A DNA stretch of 64,000 nt from a virus (lineage: Duplodnaviria > Caudoviricetes), in the IMG/VR virus record IMGVR_UViG_3300021400_000062, positions 32,136 through 96,135 of that record. One strand, 5' to 3'. The translations under genes and the position numbers were made by a program. The notes beneath the pieces are model-generated. The model had not been told where the DNA came from, made no database searches, and was given only the letters and a program-made list of their open reading frames with translations. Of the stretch, positions 10,578 through 18,453 are shown in pieces; within the stretch, counting starts at the first letter, position 1, and each line of letters starts with the position of its first letter.

Positions 10578-11018
10578 CTACTCGTTTTCAACAAGCTTGC
10601 CTCTCAATCTTAAAGCATCTCTATAACAGTGGTCACATAAGAAATACTTTGCTACTGGATATGTTTGTTTACCTATTTCACCTGCCAAGTATTGATATTC
10701 TTCTCCAATGAAATCAATATCATTAAACAGTGCTATATGTATTGCAAGGTGCCCCTTTTCATGGTCTATTGTTGATTGGAATTCTTGCGGAGAATCTGTC
10801 TTACCTATGACAAGTACAGATGTTCTGTCTTTTGGAGATGAGAATGTAAGACCCGAGTTAATTCCAGCATCATACAATCTATCTACAGTTTCTTCAGGAT
10901 TTGTACAACCTATTGCTTCAAGGTCTTGCACTATCATATCATAGTATATGTCATCCACAAAATAATATACCCTCACATACCAATTCCAATTCTTAAGCTT
11001 AAAATCCTGTATTATCAT
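10578..11018 (-). CDS. HExxH zincin-like protein (cassette gene 6)
   Basis: TIDHEKGH with downstream EEYQYL; likely start 11018 overlapping the previous stop (ATGA). Confidence 0.65.
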   Translation of the reverse strand: MIIQDFKLKNWNWYVRVYYFVDDIYYDMIVQDLEAIGCTNPEETVDRLYDAGINSGLTFSSPKDRTSVLVIGKTDSPQEFQSTIDHEKGHLAIHIALFNDIDFIGEEYQYLAGEIGKQTYPVAKYFLCDHCYRDALRLRGKLVENE

Positions 11019-11419
11019 ACCATATCCTCCCAATCAATAGGAGTGCCGCTACCTATACAGTCTGCATAGAATCTTGTAAATACCATACCATCATAAGCAT
11101 CCGGGTCTTTTATTACATCTTTAACATACATTACAAGATGTTGTTCATCCATTATAGATGAGCCAAGAAAATCAGCTGAACACATATTGGCAACATATAG
11201 AGCATCATAGGAGAATGGTATGTTCACACCAAATCTCTGCATAATACTTTCAAGTTGCTCCTTTGTATATTTCCTTGGTTCAATCTCTCTGCCATTGGCA
11301 TCTTTCTTGAACATCTTACTTACAGCCCATTCACACATTTTCTTGGAGAAGTGCCACCCATAATAACCTATGTATTCTTCCATTCCGGAAGGAAATTTTT
11401 CTTTATAATCAAGTCTCAT
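11015..11419 (-). CDS. Conserved helical protein, GWHFSKKMCEWAVSKM family (cassette gene 5)
   Basis: 134 aa; YVANM..AD and DPDAYDG..FTRFYAD motifs. Confidence 0.7.
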   Translation of the reverse strand: MRLDYKEKFPSGMEEYIGYYGWHFSKKMCEWAVSKMFKKDANGREIEPRKYTKEQLESIMQRFGVNIPFSYDALYVANMCSADFLGSSIMDEQHLVMYVKDVIKDPDAYDGMVFTRFYADCIGSGTPIDWEDMV

Positions 11420-11430
11420 ACCTATATATA

Positions 11431-11457
11431 AATAAAGGGGAGTGTTACCTCCCCTTG
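11431..11457 (-). terminator. Hairpin/terminator inside cassette
   Basis: AAGGGGAG/CTCCCCTT stem plus U-rich tract. Confidence 0.6.
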
Positions 11458-11465
11458 GTTAAACA

Positions 11466-11675
11466 TTACTCCTCACGGTAACTTCCACCCATGCGGGAGC
11501 TTCTTTCACCATAATAGCTTTTAGCTTCTTTCATTGCATCCCTGTAGCCATCTTCATAACCACATTCATAAGCTTCATCTATATGGTCTTCTTTATATCC
11601 TCTCATGCCAGACTTATATCCACGCCTGCCAAATCTTGAGGTTTCGTCTTGTTCTCTTATTTCCCAAAGTCTCAT
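11466..11675 (-). CDS. Small R/G/Y/E-rich protein (cassette gene 4)
   Basis: Likely start MRLWEIRE; EAYECGYEDGYRDAM motif. Confidence 0.7.
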   Translation of the reverse strand: MRLWEIREQDETSRFGRRGYKSGMRGYKEDHIDEAYECGYEDGYRDAMKEAKSYYGERSSRMGGSYREE

Positions 11676-11676
11676 A

Positions 11677-12201
11677 TTACATTCCTGTTTTTGATAATCT
11701 TTCAAGCAGTAAGGCATTGGTCTTCATTAGTTCAGAAACATTCTTTGACATCTCGTCCATCTTTCCCTTTAGAGTATTTATTTCCTCTTTTTGGGTTTGC
11801 TTTTCAGCATATTCTGGATTAAGCTCAACCAATATCTTATCATATTGTTCAACCAAACCTTCGTGATATTCTCTGCTATTGATGATGTCTATACTCTTTT
11901 GTTTTGAACTTAGTACCTCAGAATTCATGGCTTCTCTACTATCAGCAACCACTATACTCTCTCCATTACTGAATGTATCAGCAATGTCTTGCTGTGAAGG
12001 AAGCCCGTTATAATTAGCTGTTATATCACCAATCTTAACAGATATATCTGTAACTAACTCTTGTGGTTGACCAAAAGTTGTCGGTATAGTGTATTTCGGT
12101 TTGGTTATAGGCTGAGAAATAACTTGCCCAATCTCCAAATATGGTTTGTTTGTTTTGTGCAGAACATATATTTGACCATTCTGCCTTACTGATTGAAACA
12201 T
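11677..12201 (-). CDS. Beta-rich N-domain plus C-terminal coiled coil (cassette gene 3)
   Basis: MFQSVRQNGQIYVLHK.., LNPEYAEKQ.. coiled-coil tail. Confidence 0.7.
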   Translation of the reverse strand: MFQSVRQNGQIYVLHKTNKPYLEIGQVISQPITKPKYTIPTTFGQPQELVTDISVKIGDITANYNGLPSQQDIADTFSNGESIVVADSREAMNSEVLSSKQKSIDIINSREYHEGLVEQYDKILVELNPEYAEKQTQKEEINTLKGKMDEMSKNVSELMKTNALLLERLSKTGM

Positions 12202-12220
12202 ATTATCTTGTGTTTATAAT

Positions 12221-12550
12221 TTAACCTATAAGCTTTAAGATGTTCAAAGCTCTATCGTAATATACAAGGTATACATCTGGTCCATCAAAGTCTGCAACAG
12301 TCAGGTTTGCACCACCGGATACTGTTACATTCTGTGTATTTCCAGCCATTGAGAATCTTATTGGAAGGGTTGTTGTTGTACCTTCAGGAATAGCTTCTGA
12401 AAGATAGACAAGCAACAAACCGCTAAAAGGGTTTCTATCCCAATCTGGATTGAACTGGAAGTCTACAGCAGTATCACTTACTGTTACTCTTGTGGACTTT
12501 ATTCTTGGAATACCGTTGATATTGGCATATTGATAAGGGAATCTTGCCAT
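12221..12550 (-). CDS. Small beta-sandwich-like protein (cassette gene 2)
   Basis: 109 aa; AIPEGTTTTLPIRF, VYLVYYDR motifs. Confidence 0.7.
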   Translation of the reverse strand: MARFPYQYANINGIPRIKSTRVTVSDTAVDFQFNPDWDRNPFSGLLLVYLSEAIPEGTTTTLPIRFSMAGNTQNVTVSGGANLTVADFDGPDVYLVYYDRALNILKLIG

Positions 12551-12569
12551 AGCATAATCCTCCTATCAA

Positions 12570-13457
12570 TTATCCCCAATAGCTCTGACCATTCCAGCCA
12601 TACCCATAGCCATTAAATCCACCGTAGAATGGTGTGTTATTTACAGCTGTAAGGTTTGGCCAAACTACAGGAACAGTATTAGGTTGTCTGTTTTCAATCT
12701 CATTAACCTTTGCTTGAATAGGTGCAAGAATGGCTGCAATCTGAGCTGTCTGGTTTGCATTGTCTATCTGACCACGGAGAGTTGAGATAACCTCATTCTT
12801 GGTGTTGATTTCATTCTGCATATCACGCTCTTTAGCATCACAGAACTCCTTAACCATAGTAGTCTTAAGGTCTGCAATAGCATCAACAGTACGCTGGCCA
12901 CTCCCACTGATTGCAGTACCAAGAGTGTTGGTCTGATTGAGTGTAGCAATCTGGTTTTCATAACCTTGAGATGTAACAAGAAGTTTATTCTCGCAGCAGC
13001 ACTGACACAGCTGGGAAGCAAGACTTGCGTTACCACTCTGGATAGCATTAACAACCTGAAGTGAAGACATTCCAAGCTGACCGCCAAGAGTAGCAATGCT
13101 TGTACTTACAGTACTAAGTGCAGACTTGATAGCATCAAGACTGTAACCAGACATTGTAGAAAGCTGCCTTACATCAGCATCTGTACCATCAATTGCACGC
13201 AGTACAGTTTCTGCATTATTGTTGGCTGTAGCCTGTGCACCAAGAGCTGCTGCTGCACCAGAATTACCACCACCAAAATTACTAAAACCTCCCCAACCAT
13301 TACCAAAGAGGAGACCAAGGATAAAACCAATAGCACCACCAGCAAGACCATTTCCACCAAAGAATCCATTGTTGCCATTGTTCATAGCAAGCCAAGCTGG
13401 AACAGAACCATAGCCATCACCATTGCCAAATACATAAGTTTTTGTATCTTCTGCCAT
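12570..13457 (-). CDS. Gly-rich membrane / coiled-coil protein with CQCCC motif (cassette gene 1)
   Basis: Hydrophobic GAIGFILGLLFG segment in Gly/Asn-rich N-terminus, heptad region, LASQLCQCCCEN, aromatic/Gly tail. Confidence 0.75.
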   Translation of the reverse strand: MAEDTKTYVFGNGDGYGSVPAWLAMNNGNNGFFGGNGLAGGAIGFILGLLFGNGWGGFSNFGGGNSGAAAALGAQATANNNAETVLRAIDGTDADVRQLSTMSGYSLDAIKSALSTVSTSIATLGGQLGMSSLQVVNAIQSGNASLASQLCQCCCENKLLVTSQGYENQIATLNQTNTLGTAISGSGQRTVDAIADLKTTMVKEFCDAKERDMQNEINTKNEVISTLRGQIDNANQTAQIAAILAPIQAKVNEIENRQPNTVPVVWPNLTAVNNTPFYGGFNGYGYGWNGQSYWG

Positions 13458-13511
13458 AATAAATTTAACTTTAAATTGTTTGTTTAATTTGTTTTTGTAA
13501 GCTTACGGCAG

Positions 13512-13544
13512 CAAATATAATGTGTGTTTTTCCGGAAAGACAAC
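13512..13544 (-). promoter_or_regulatory. Promoter for the six-gene cassette
   Basis: TATATTTG (13512-13519), 21-nt spacer, GTTG. Confidence 0.65.
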
Positions 13545-13550
13545 AATACT

Positions 13551-13584
13551 AAAACCCCTCACAGATTACTCTGCAAGGGGTTTT
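13551..13584. terminator. Possibly bidirectional terminator upstream of the cassette
   Basis: AAAACCCCT..CAGA-TTAC-TCTG..AGGGGTTTT; GTAA loop on minus strand. Confidence 0.7.
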
Positions 13585-13609
13585 TATTTAGTAATGTATT
13601 TAGGTTTTA

Positions 13610-13768
13610 TTAGAATGTATCAGCAGCTTTGTTTGCTATATAATTTATCATAAAATCTTTTATTGGAGAACCGTTTTCTTTCTGTTGTATATACGACACA
13701 ATCTGCTTTAAGAGAACATTGTTTTCTCTTAAAAGTAACAACATTTCTCTTTCTTCAGCATTTGTCAT
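13610..13768 (-). CDS. Small hypothetical protein (52 aa, below ORF-track cutoff)
   Basis: MTNAEEREMLLLLRENNVLLKQIVSYIQQKENGSPIKDFMINYIANKAADTF; begins 3 nt after the upstream gene's stop. Confidence 0.7.
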   Translation of the reverse strand: MTNAEEREMLLLLRENNVLLKQIVSYIQQKENGSPIKDFMINYIANKAADTF

Positions 13769-13771
13769 ATA

Positions 13772-13960
13772 TTATGATTCACCATCATCAGAATTGCTTG
13801 GTTCTTGATTGTCTTGAGTATTTTCTGGCTCTTCCTTTTTATTTGTTGATACCCACGCACCATTTAATGGAAACAACAGCTCTCCAGTAGATGGTTTCAG
13901 CCAGCCAACATTCATTACGGTTGGCTCATATTCCTGAATTAAAATAGAATTAATTTTCAT
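13772..13960 (-). CDS. Small protein, possibly head-fibre-like
   Basis: 62 aa; EPT..NVGWLKP motif and acidic tail; function call is weak. Confidence 0.45.
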   Translation of the reverse strand: MKINSILIQEYEPTVMNVGWLKPSTGELLFPLNGAWVSTNKKEEPENTQDNQEPSNSDDGES

Positions 13961-14249
13961 TTTTATTTAGTTTTATATATTTATCCAAATCCTGTTTATA
14001 CCACCTCAACTCTTTAAATCCAGCAACCTTCTTACCTTTTGGCAGTTTACCTTCAGCTACAAGATTATCAAACGTTGCTCTACTTATATTAAGGTATGTA
14101 TATGCTTGATATTTGCTTATACCATTTTCTCTTGCAAACTCATTCAATGCTCTTGCAACACTTATTGCATCATCCTCTGATATATTTGTATTACCAGCAT
14201 CTATATCATCTACAATTCTAATGAGCTGTTGTTTTATCAGGCCTATCAT
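13950..14249 (-). CDS. AlpA/excisionase-like HTH DNA-binding protein
   Basis: SKYQAYTYLNISRATFDNLVAEGKLPKG..LRWYKQDL. Confidence 0.75.
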   Translation of the reverse strand: MIGLIKQQLIRIVDDIDAGNTNISEDDAISVARALNEFARENGISKYQAYTYLNISRATFDNLVAEGKLPKGKKVAGFKELRWYKQDLDKYIKLNKNEN

Positions 14250-14628
14250 TTTTTGTCTCCTTTTGATGCAAATATAGTATTAAAAACAAGAATATAGCAA
14301 TCACTATACTATTTATTATTGCAAACATTACATCGCTTATTGGTAAATTAAAGTGAAAATCTATAGCACTTATTATATTTACAACAAGAATATAGTGTAA
14401 GAACATTCTATGATATTCACAAAACCTAAAAGCATATGAACATAAATACATAAAAGCCAAAGGCAATAATGATACTCCACCGATATATGATAGTGCTGAT
14501 ATATCAATACCAATCAGACATAACACTGTATTTATTGTATATACCAACGCTATTAGCATTGGTATAATTTTAAGCGAGATTATTGTTAATTTATATAATC
14601 TCTTATTTATGTCTGATTTTTCCGCCAC
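14218..14628 (-). CDS. Multi-pass membrane protein
   Basis: About 4 hydrophobic segments; FRFCEYHRMFLHY motif; GTG start. Confidence 0.65.
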   Translation of the reverse strand: MAEKSDINKRLYKLTIISLKIIPMLIALVYTINTVLCLIGIDISALSYIGGVSLLPLAFMYLCSYAFRFCEYHRMFLHYILVVNIISAIDFHFNLPISDVMFAIINSIVIAIFLFLILYLHQKETKNDRPDKTTAH

Positions 14629-14725
14629 AAGCTTTTAGGTTGCCACCATTACCAAGTCTTCTTTTTCCTGTTTTAAGACCAGCCCTTGGTGTTCTTGGGT
14701 CTGATTTCCTTCTTTTTGTAGCCAT
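14603..14725 (-). CDS. Small very basic protein (40 aa) with xxGG motifs
   Basis: MATKRRKSDPRTPRAGLKTGKRRLGNGGNLKACGGKIRHK; fills the gap between neighbours. Confidence 0.6.
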   Translation of the reverse strand: MATKRRKSDPRTPRAGLKTGKRRLGNGGNLKACGGKIRHK

Positions 14726-14730
14726 TTCCA

Positions 14731-15180
14731 TTATTTCTTATTTTGTTTATCAACCATCATAATCTTCTTTAATGATTCAAGACTTTCCGGTGTGAGTATA
14801 TTTTCTTCACCACCATCAGCTCGCTTGATAGCAGAAGCAAGCACAAAGTTTGTGAGGGTCATTATCTGTTTTCTACTTTCAGCAACCTCATTCTTCAACT
14901 CAACAATCTCTTTCTTAAGCTCTTTCTTTTCCTCTATAAGCTGAAGTTTCTCATCAGATAGATTTCTGTTTTGAGCGATTACCAAATCATTCTGTTCTTT
15001 CATGTTGGCAATCATATCTTCGTACATCTTTTTATAGCTGTCCAAAGACTTGTCAAAGTTATCTATCTTTGCACCCTGTACTTCTGTCTTATATTTGTTT
15101 CTTGCAAAGATATAAGATGCAAAGCTACCGGCTGTTGCAGAAGCAAAATAGCCTATAATATTCCAAAGTTCCGCGCTCAT
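14731..15180 (-). CDS. Holin-like single-TM coiled-coil protein
   Basis: N-terminal TM then long heptad repeat; next to the spanin-like gene. Confidence 0.55.
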   Translation of the reverse strand: MSAELWNIIGYFASATAGSFASYIFARNKYKTEVQGAKIDNFDKSLDSYKKMYEDMIANMKEQNDLVIAQNRNLSDEKLQLIEEKKELKKEIVELKNEVAESRKQIMTLTNFVLASAIKRADGGEENILTPESLESLKKIMMVDKQNKK

Positions 15181-15785
15181 TTTATTACTTCAATAAATTT
15201 TTGTTTTTCATTAATTATAAATGGATTCTTCTCTACAACTTCAACTTCCACTATTTTACTCTTCTTCTTAAACCAGTCTCTAACTTTACAGTCAGATGGG
15301 TTAAGCAATACCTTTTTGTATGAAGCAACTATATATTTTTCACTTGGAACTTTGATATTAAGACCTACCATTTGTGGATATTCAAGATGTAAACCAATTG
15401 TATACCACTTATTATTTACCGTTGTATCAACCTTTGTATTTTTAACAAAGATTGTATCTGTAAGTCTTATTGTATCTTTTATGTTTGCTATTGATTGAAG
15501 ATAAGCCAAAGAAGCGAGCTGCTTATCTTTAACTTTTAAATCTCTCTTGAGCGAAACCATCTCTTTAACAAGAGAATCGTTGCTATGGTTAAGCTCTGCT
15601 ATTGTATATTTGAACTGTATGGAATTACTCTTTAGTGAATCATTCTCTGCTATATAGGCAAGCTCGTTTTTCTTTGAAATCTCAAGGGATTTTCTCAATG
15701 ATTTATTAATAGACATGAAGCAATATACCACTGAAAACAATACAGCGATTGCAACAAGTCCTATAATATAATCCCTTAATTTCAT
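15177..15785 (-). CDS. Rz-like spanin candidate
   Basis: N-terminal TM anchor, coiled coil, DTI..DTI repeats, WFKKK and NPFI C-terminus. Confidence 0.6.
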   Translation of the reverse strand: MKLRDYIIGLVAIAVLFSVVYCFMSINKSLRKSLEISKKNELAYIAENDSLKSNSIQFKYTIAELNHSNDSLVKEMVSLKRDLKVKDKQLASLAYLQSIANIKDTIRLTDTIFVKNTKVDTTVNNKWYTIGLHLEYPQMVGLNIKVPSEKYIVASYKKVLLNPSDCKVRDWFKKKSKIVEVEVVEKNPFIINEKQKFIEVIK

Positions 15786-15789
15786 GTTG

Positions 15790-15821
15790 CAATTATAGAT
15801 AAACTTTAAATAATCTACAAG
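15790..15821 (-). promoter_or_regulatory. Promoter abutting the spanin-like start codon
   Basis: TATAATTG variant -7 box 4 nt before ATG, 20-nt spacer, CTTG. Confidence 0.5.
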
Positions 15822-15882
15822 CGTTTTAATAAATAATTTAGCAGTACGTTTGTGCTGCTAAATAAATTTGTTTATCAAATGT

Positions 15883-18342
15883 TTATTGTGCTTTACTTTT
15901 ATTGCTTATCTGTTTTCTTTTCAACTCTGCATCTGTTTTTGCTTTATCTTTATCAAAGTTTAACCTATCTCTATTAAGTTGGTTGGTAGCATCAAATTGC
16001 TTTCTCTTTTCATCAAGATTAGCTCTTTCTCCTTCAGTCATTTGACCATTATTGTTAGCATCATCTTGAATCCTTGCCTGTGCTTGAATCTCTGCAACAA
16101 GTATCTTTGTTTCATTGTTTTCAGTATTCATAGCAGCTTCATGCTCCATTTGCTGTTGCTTTGTCTGCTGTTCCATTTGAGCTATTTGTTGCTGGCTCTG
16201 GAGTTGCTGTTGCTGTGCTTCAGCTTGTCTTTGATATGTTGCCTGCTCATCCTCCTCAATAACCCTCTGCTTTTCTGCTCTTGATGTAGAATTATACAGT
16301 CTAATCAGACCACTCATTGTGAGCTTATCATTCTGTAAGCAAGCTTGGATTATTGTAGGAAGATTCTTTGTAAACTCTTGTGTATCATAAGAGTTGTCCA
16401 CAACAAGCCCATAAGAATTCATTGAGAATGTATCTCCATCCACAGTAACAATCTGCTTTGCAAGGTCTGAAGAAATAACATATTGGAATTTCTTTACAGT
16501 ACCCTTGAGAGCAGCTCTACACATGTCAATAAATGCCTCAATAAATCTCTTCTTGAGATTATCGTGAATCATAAATATCCACTCAGTAATATGGCTTGAT
16601 TGAAGCACGCTTCTTTCAACACCACCAACAGTTTCCCTGTTTTGAATCTGTCCCTCTCTTTGGTCTGTAATACCAGCGGCCTTGCCCATTATCTGCTCTA
16701 TCATCACAAGGATATTGATAAGTGCAGAAATGGATTGACTCATATCAAGGTCTATTGTTCTTGATGAAGCGTTGTTCATAAGACCAGCAAGCTTTCCTTT
16801 TGCAGCACCAGCATTACCCTCTCTAAAACTATCTCTTACAGAAATACCGTGAGCGGTAAGAATCTTCACATAGTCTGTAATATCCCATTTCTCTGGAACA
16901 AGAGAAAGGTCAAGGTCTATAACCTTTCCCCTATTCCTTGAAAGAAGGTCTGTGAGTCTGTGCATTGTAGCATCGTAAAGATAGCTGTATGGTTTCATCA
17001 AATCAACCATAGACACGGGCTCATCTCCACCTATATTATATATGGAACCTATTATACCAAAGTGACACTTTGATGGATGGTCAAGGTCGTTGAATTGTAT
17101 AGGGCATGGTTTTATATCTACAAATAACTTCTCCCCAATCTTAACTCCCTGCCAAGCCTGATTAATCCAATATGGTTGCTCTTCCTCACCCATTTCCTTG
17201 TTTGCCTTATAATCTTCTGTGTGAAGACTATACTCAACTTCTCCTGTAATGGGATTGTAAGACTTAATTCTTTTAATCTTCCTTAAAGACTTCCAGTATA
17301 CCTGACTAACCTTTATGTTGCCATATACATCATAGGGTAGATACTCCCCAATAGTGTCTGTTGGAATATACAAATCATCGGCGGTGAGGTCTTGGTGATT
17401 ATCCTCCCAAAGACTTATACCATCAGAATATTTTGAACCATCTGGTCTCTCACCAACCCTATATCCAACAATTGCTTCCGGTGAGCCAAGACCATCACTT
17501 CTCATGAATGAATCATAATCAGAACCAGACTTATAGTTTTCTATGTACTCAACCTCCTTGTCTGTAAGTATATCTCCATAGGTTTCTATAATCTTTCCTT
17601 TACTCCAGTAATTGTTGATAACTATCATATCAGCATCTTCTATCTTCGATGAATTGCTGTTGCGATAAATATCAACAAGCTGTGGGTCAAGCTTCCTTGC
17701 TGCTGGTTCACCATTCTGAAGATAAACCTGATATATTTCTTCACCACATGTTTCAGCATCAATCAGACCACTGTTAAACATGAACTTAAAATCATATTCT
17801 CTCCAGTAATGATTAGACAACTGGTTGGCCACAAGTTCATTGCTATCCTGCCAAGTTGTCGTCATATATTTAAGCTCGGATTGAACCTTTGATTCAAACT
17901 CTTCCTGACTTTGTGAGCTTTCAGCAATAGATTGTTCAATCCTGCTGACCATTTCAGCCTGCTTTGCTTTTTCTATTTCAGATACAGCATTTGGATTGGT
18001 TACTATGACACTATAATCAAATGTTCTTCCAGCTTCTTCACCACGAAGAACATTAAGTTTGCTATTTATTATAGGGTAATGCTGAATCTTGTCTGGTACA
18101 ATATCATCACCAAGATTTGAAGCATTAAGCACAATAGCAAGGTCTGACATATGAATCTTGTTGTTCACAAGGTCATAGTTTATCTTCTTGTGAAGCATAG
18201 AATTCCTTACCTTTGTATCAGTGAAGTAGTTCTTGCTTGCACCCCACTCTACGCATTGTGCTCCCCACATCTTGGTTTTCTTTCTCCATCCAACCTTTTG
18301 GCTCGGAAAACCGCCCTGTATATTGACACTATCAAGTAGCAT
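15883..18342 (-). CDS. Portal protein
   Basis: 819 aa; IQHYPIINSKLNVLRGEE, GITDQREGQIQNRETVGGVERS motifs; Q-rich barrel. Confidence 0.9.
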   Translation of the reverse strand: MLLDSVNIQGGFPSQKVGWRKKTKMWGAQCVEWGASKNYFTDTKVRNSMLHKKINYDLVNNKIHMSDLAIVLNASNLGDDIVPDKIQHYPIINSKLNVLRGEEAGRTFDYSVIVTNPNAVSEIEKAKQAEMVSRIEQSIAESSQSQEEFESKVQSELKYMTTTWQDSNELVANQLSNHYWREYDFKFMFNSGLIDAETCGEEIYQVYLQNGEPAARKLDPQLVDIYRNSNSSKIEDADMIVINNYWSKGKIIETYGDILTDKEVEYIENYKSGSDYDSFMRSDGLGSPEAIVGYRVGERPDGSKYSDGISLWEDNHQDLTADDLYIPTDTIGEYLPYDVYGNIKVSQVYWKSLRKIKRIKSYNPITGEVEYSLHTEDYKANKEMGEEEQPYWINQAWQGVKIGEKLFVDIKPCPIQFNDLDHPSKCHFGIIGSIYNIGGDEPVSMVDLMKPYSYLYDATMHRLTDLLSRNRGKVIDLDLSLVPEKWDITDYVKILTAHGISVRDSFREGNAGAAKGKLAGLMNNASSRTIDLDMSQSISALINILVMIEQIMGKAAGITDQREGQIQNRETVGGVERSVLQSSHITEWIFMIHDNLKKRFIEAFIDMCRAALKGTVKKFQYVISSDLAKQIVTVDGDTFSMNSYGLVVDNSYDTQEFTKNLPTIIQACLQNDKLTMSGLIRLYNSTSRAEKQRVIEEDEQATYQRQAEAQQQQLQSQQQIAQMEQQTKQQQMEHEAAMNTENNETKILVAEIQAQARIQDDANNNGQMTEGERANLDEKRKQFDATNQLNRDRLNFDKDKAKTDAELKRKQISNKSKAQ

Positions 18343-18370
18343 AAATAATTATTTATGATAATATTACCAG

Positions 18371-18402
18371 CAAATCTAAACAAAATAAGTTATAAACTCA
18401 AA
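18371..18402 (-). promoter_or_regulatory. Portal promoter
   Basis: TAGATTTG, 20-nt spacer, TTTG: full consensus. Confidence 0.7.
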
Positions 18403-18453
18403 TGCATAAACAAATTATTAAGTGTTGATTTGTTGTAAATTAAATTGTAACTA

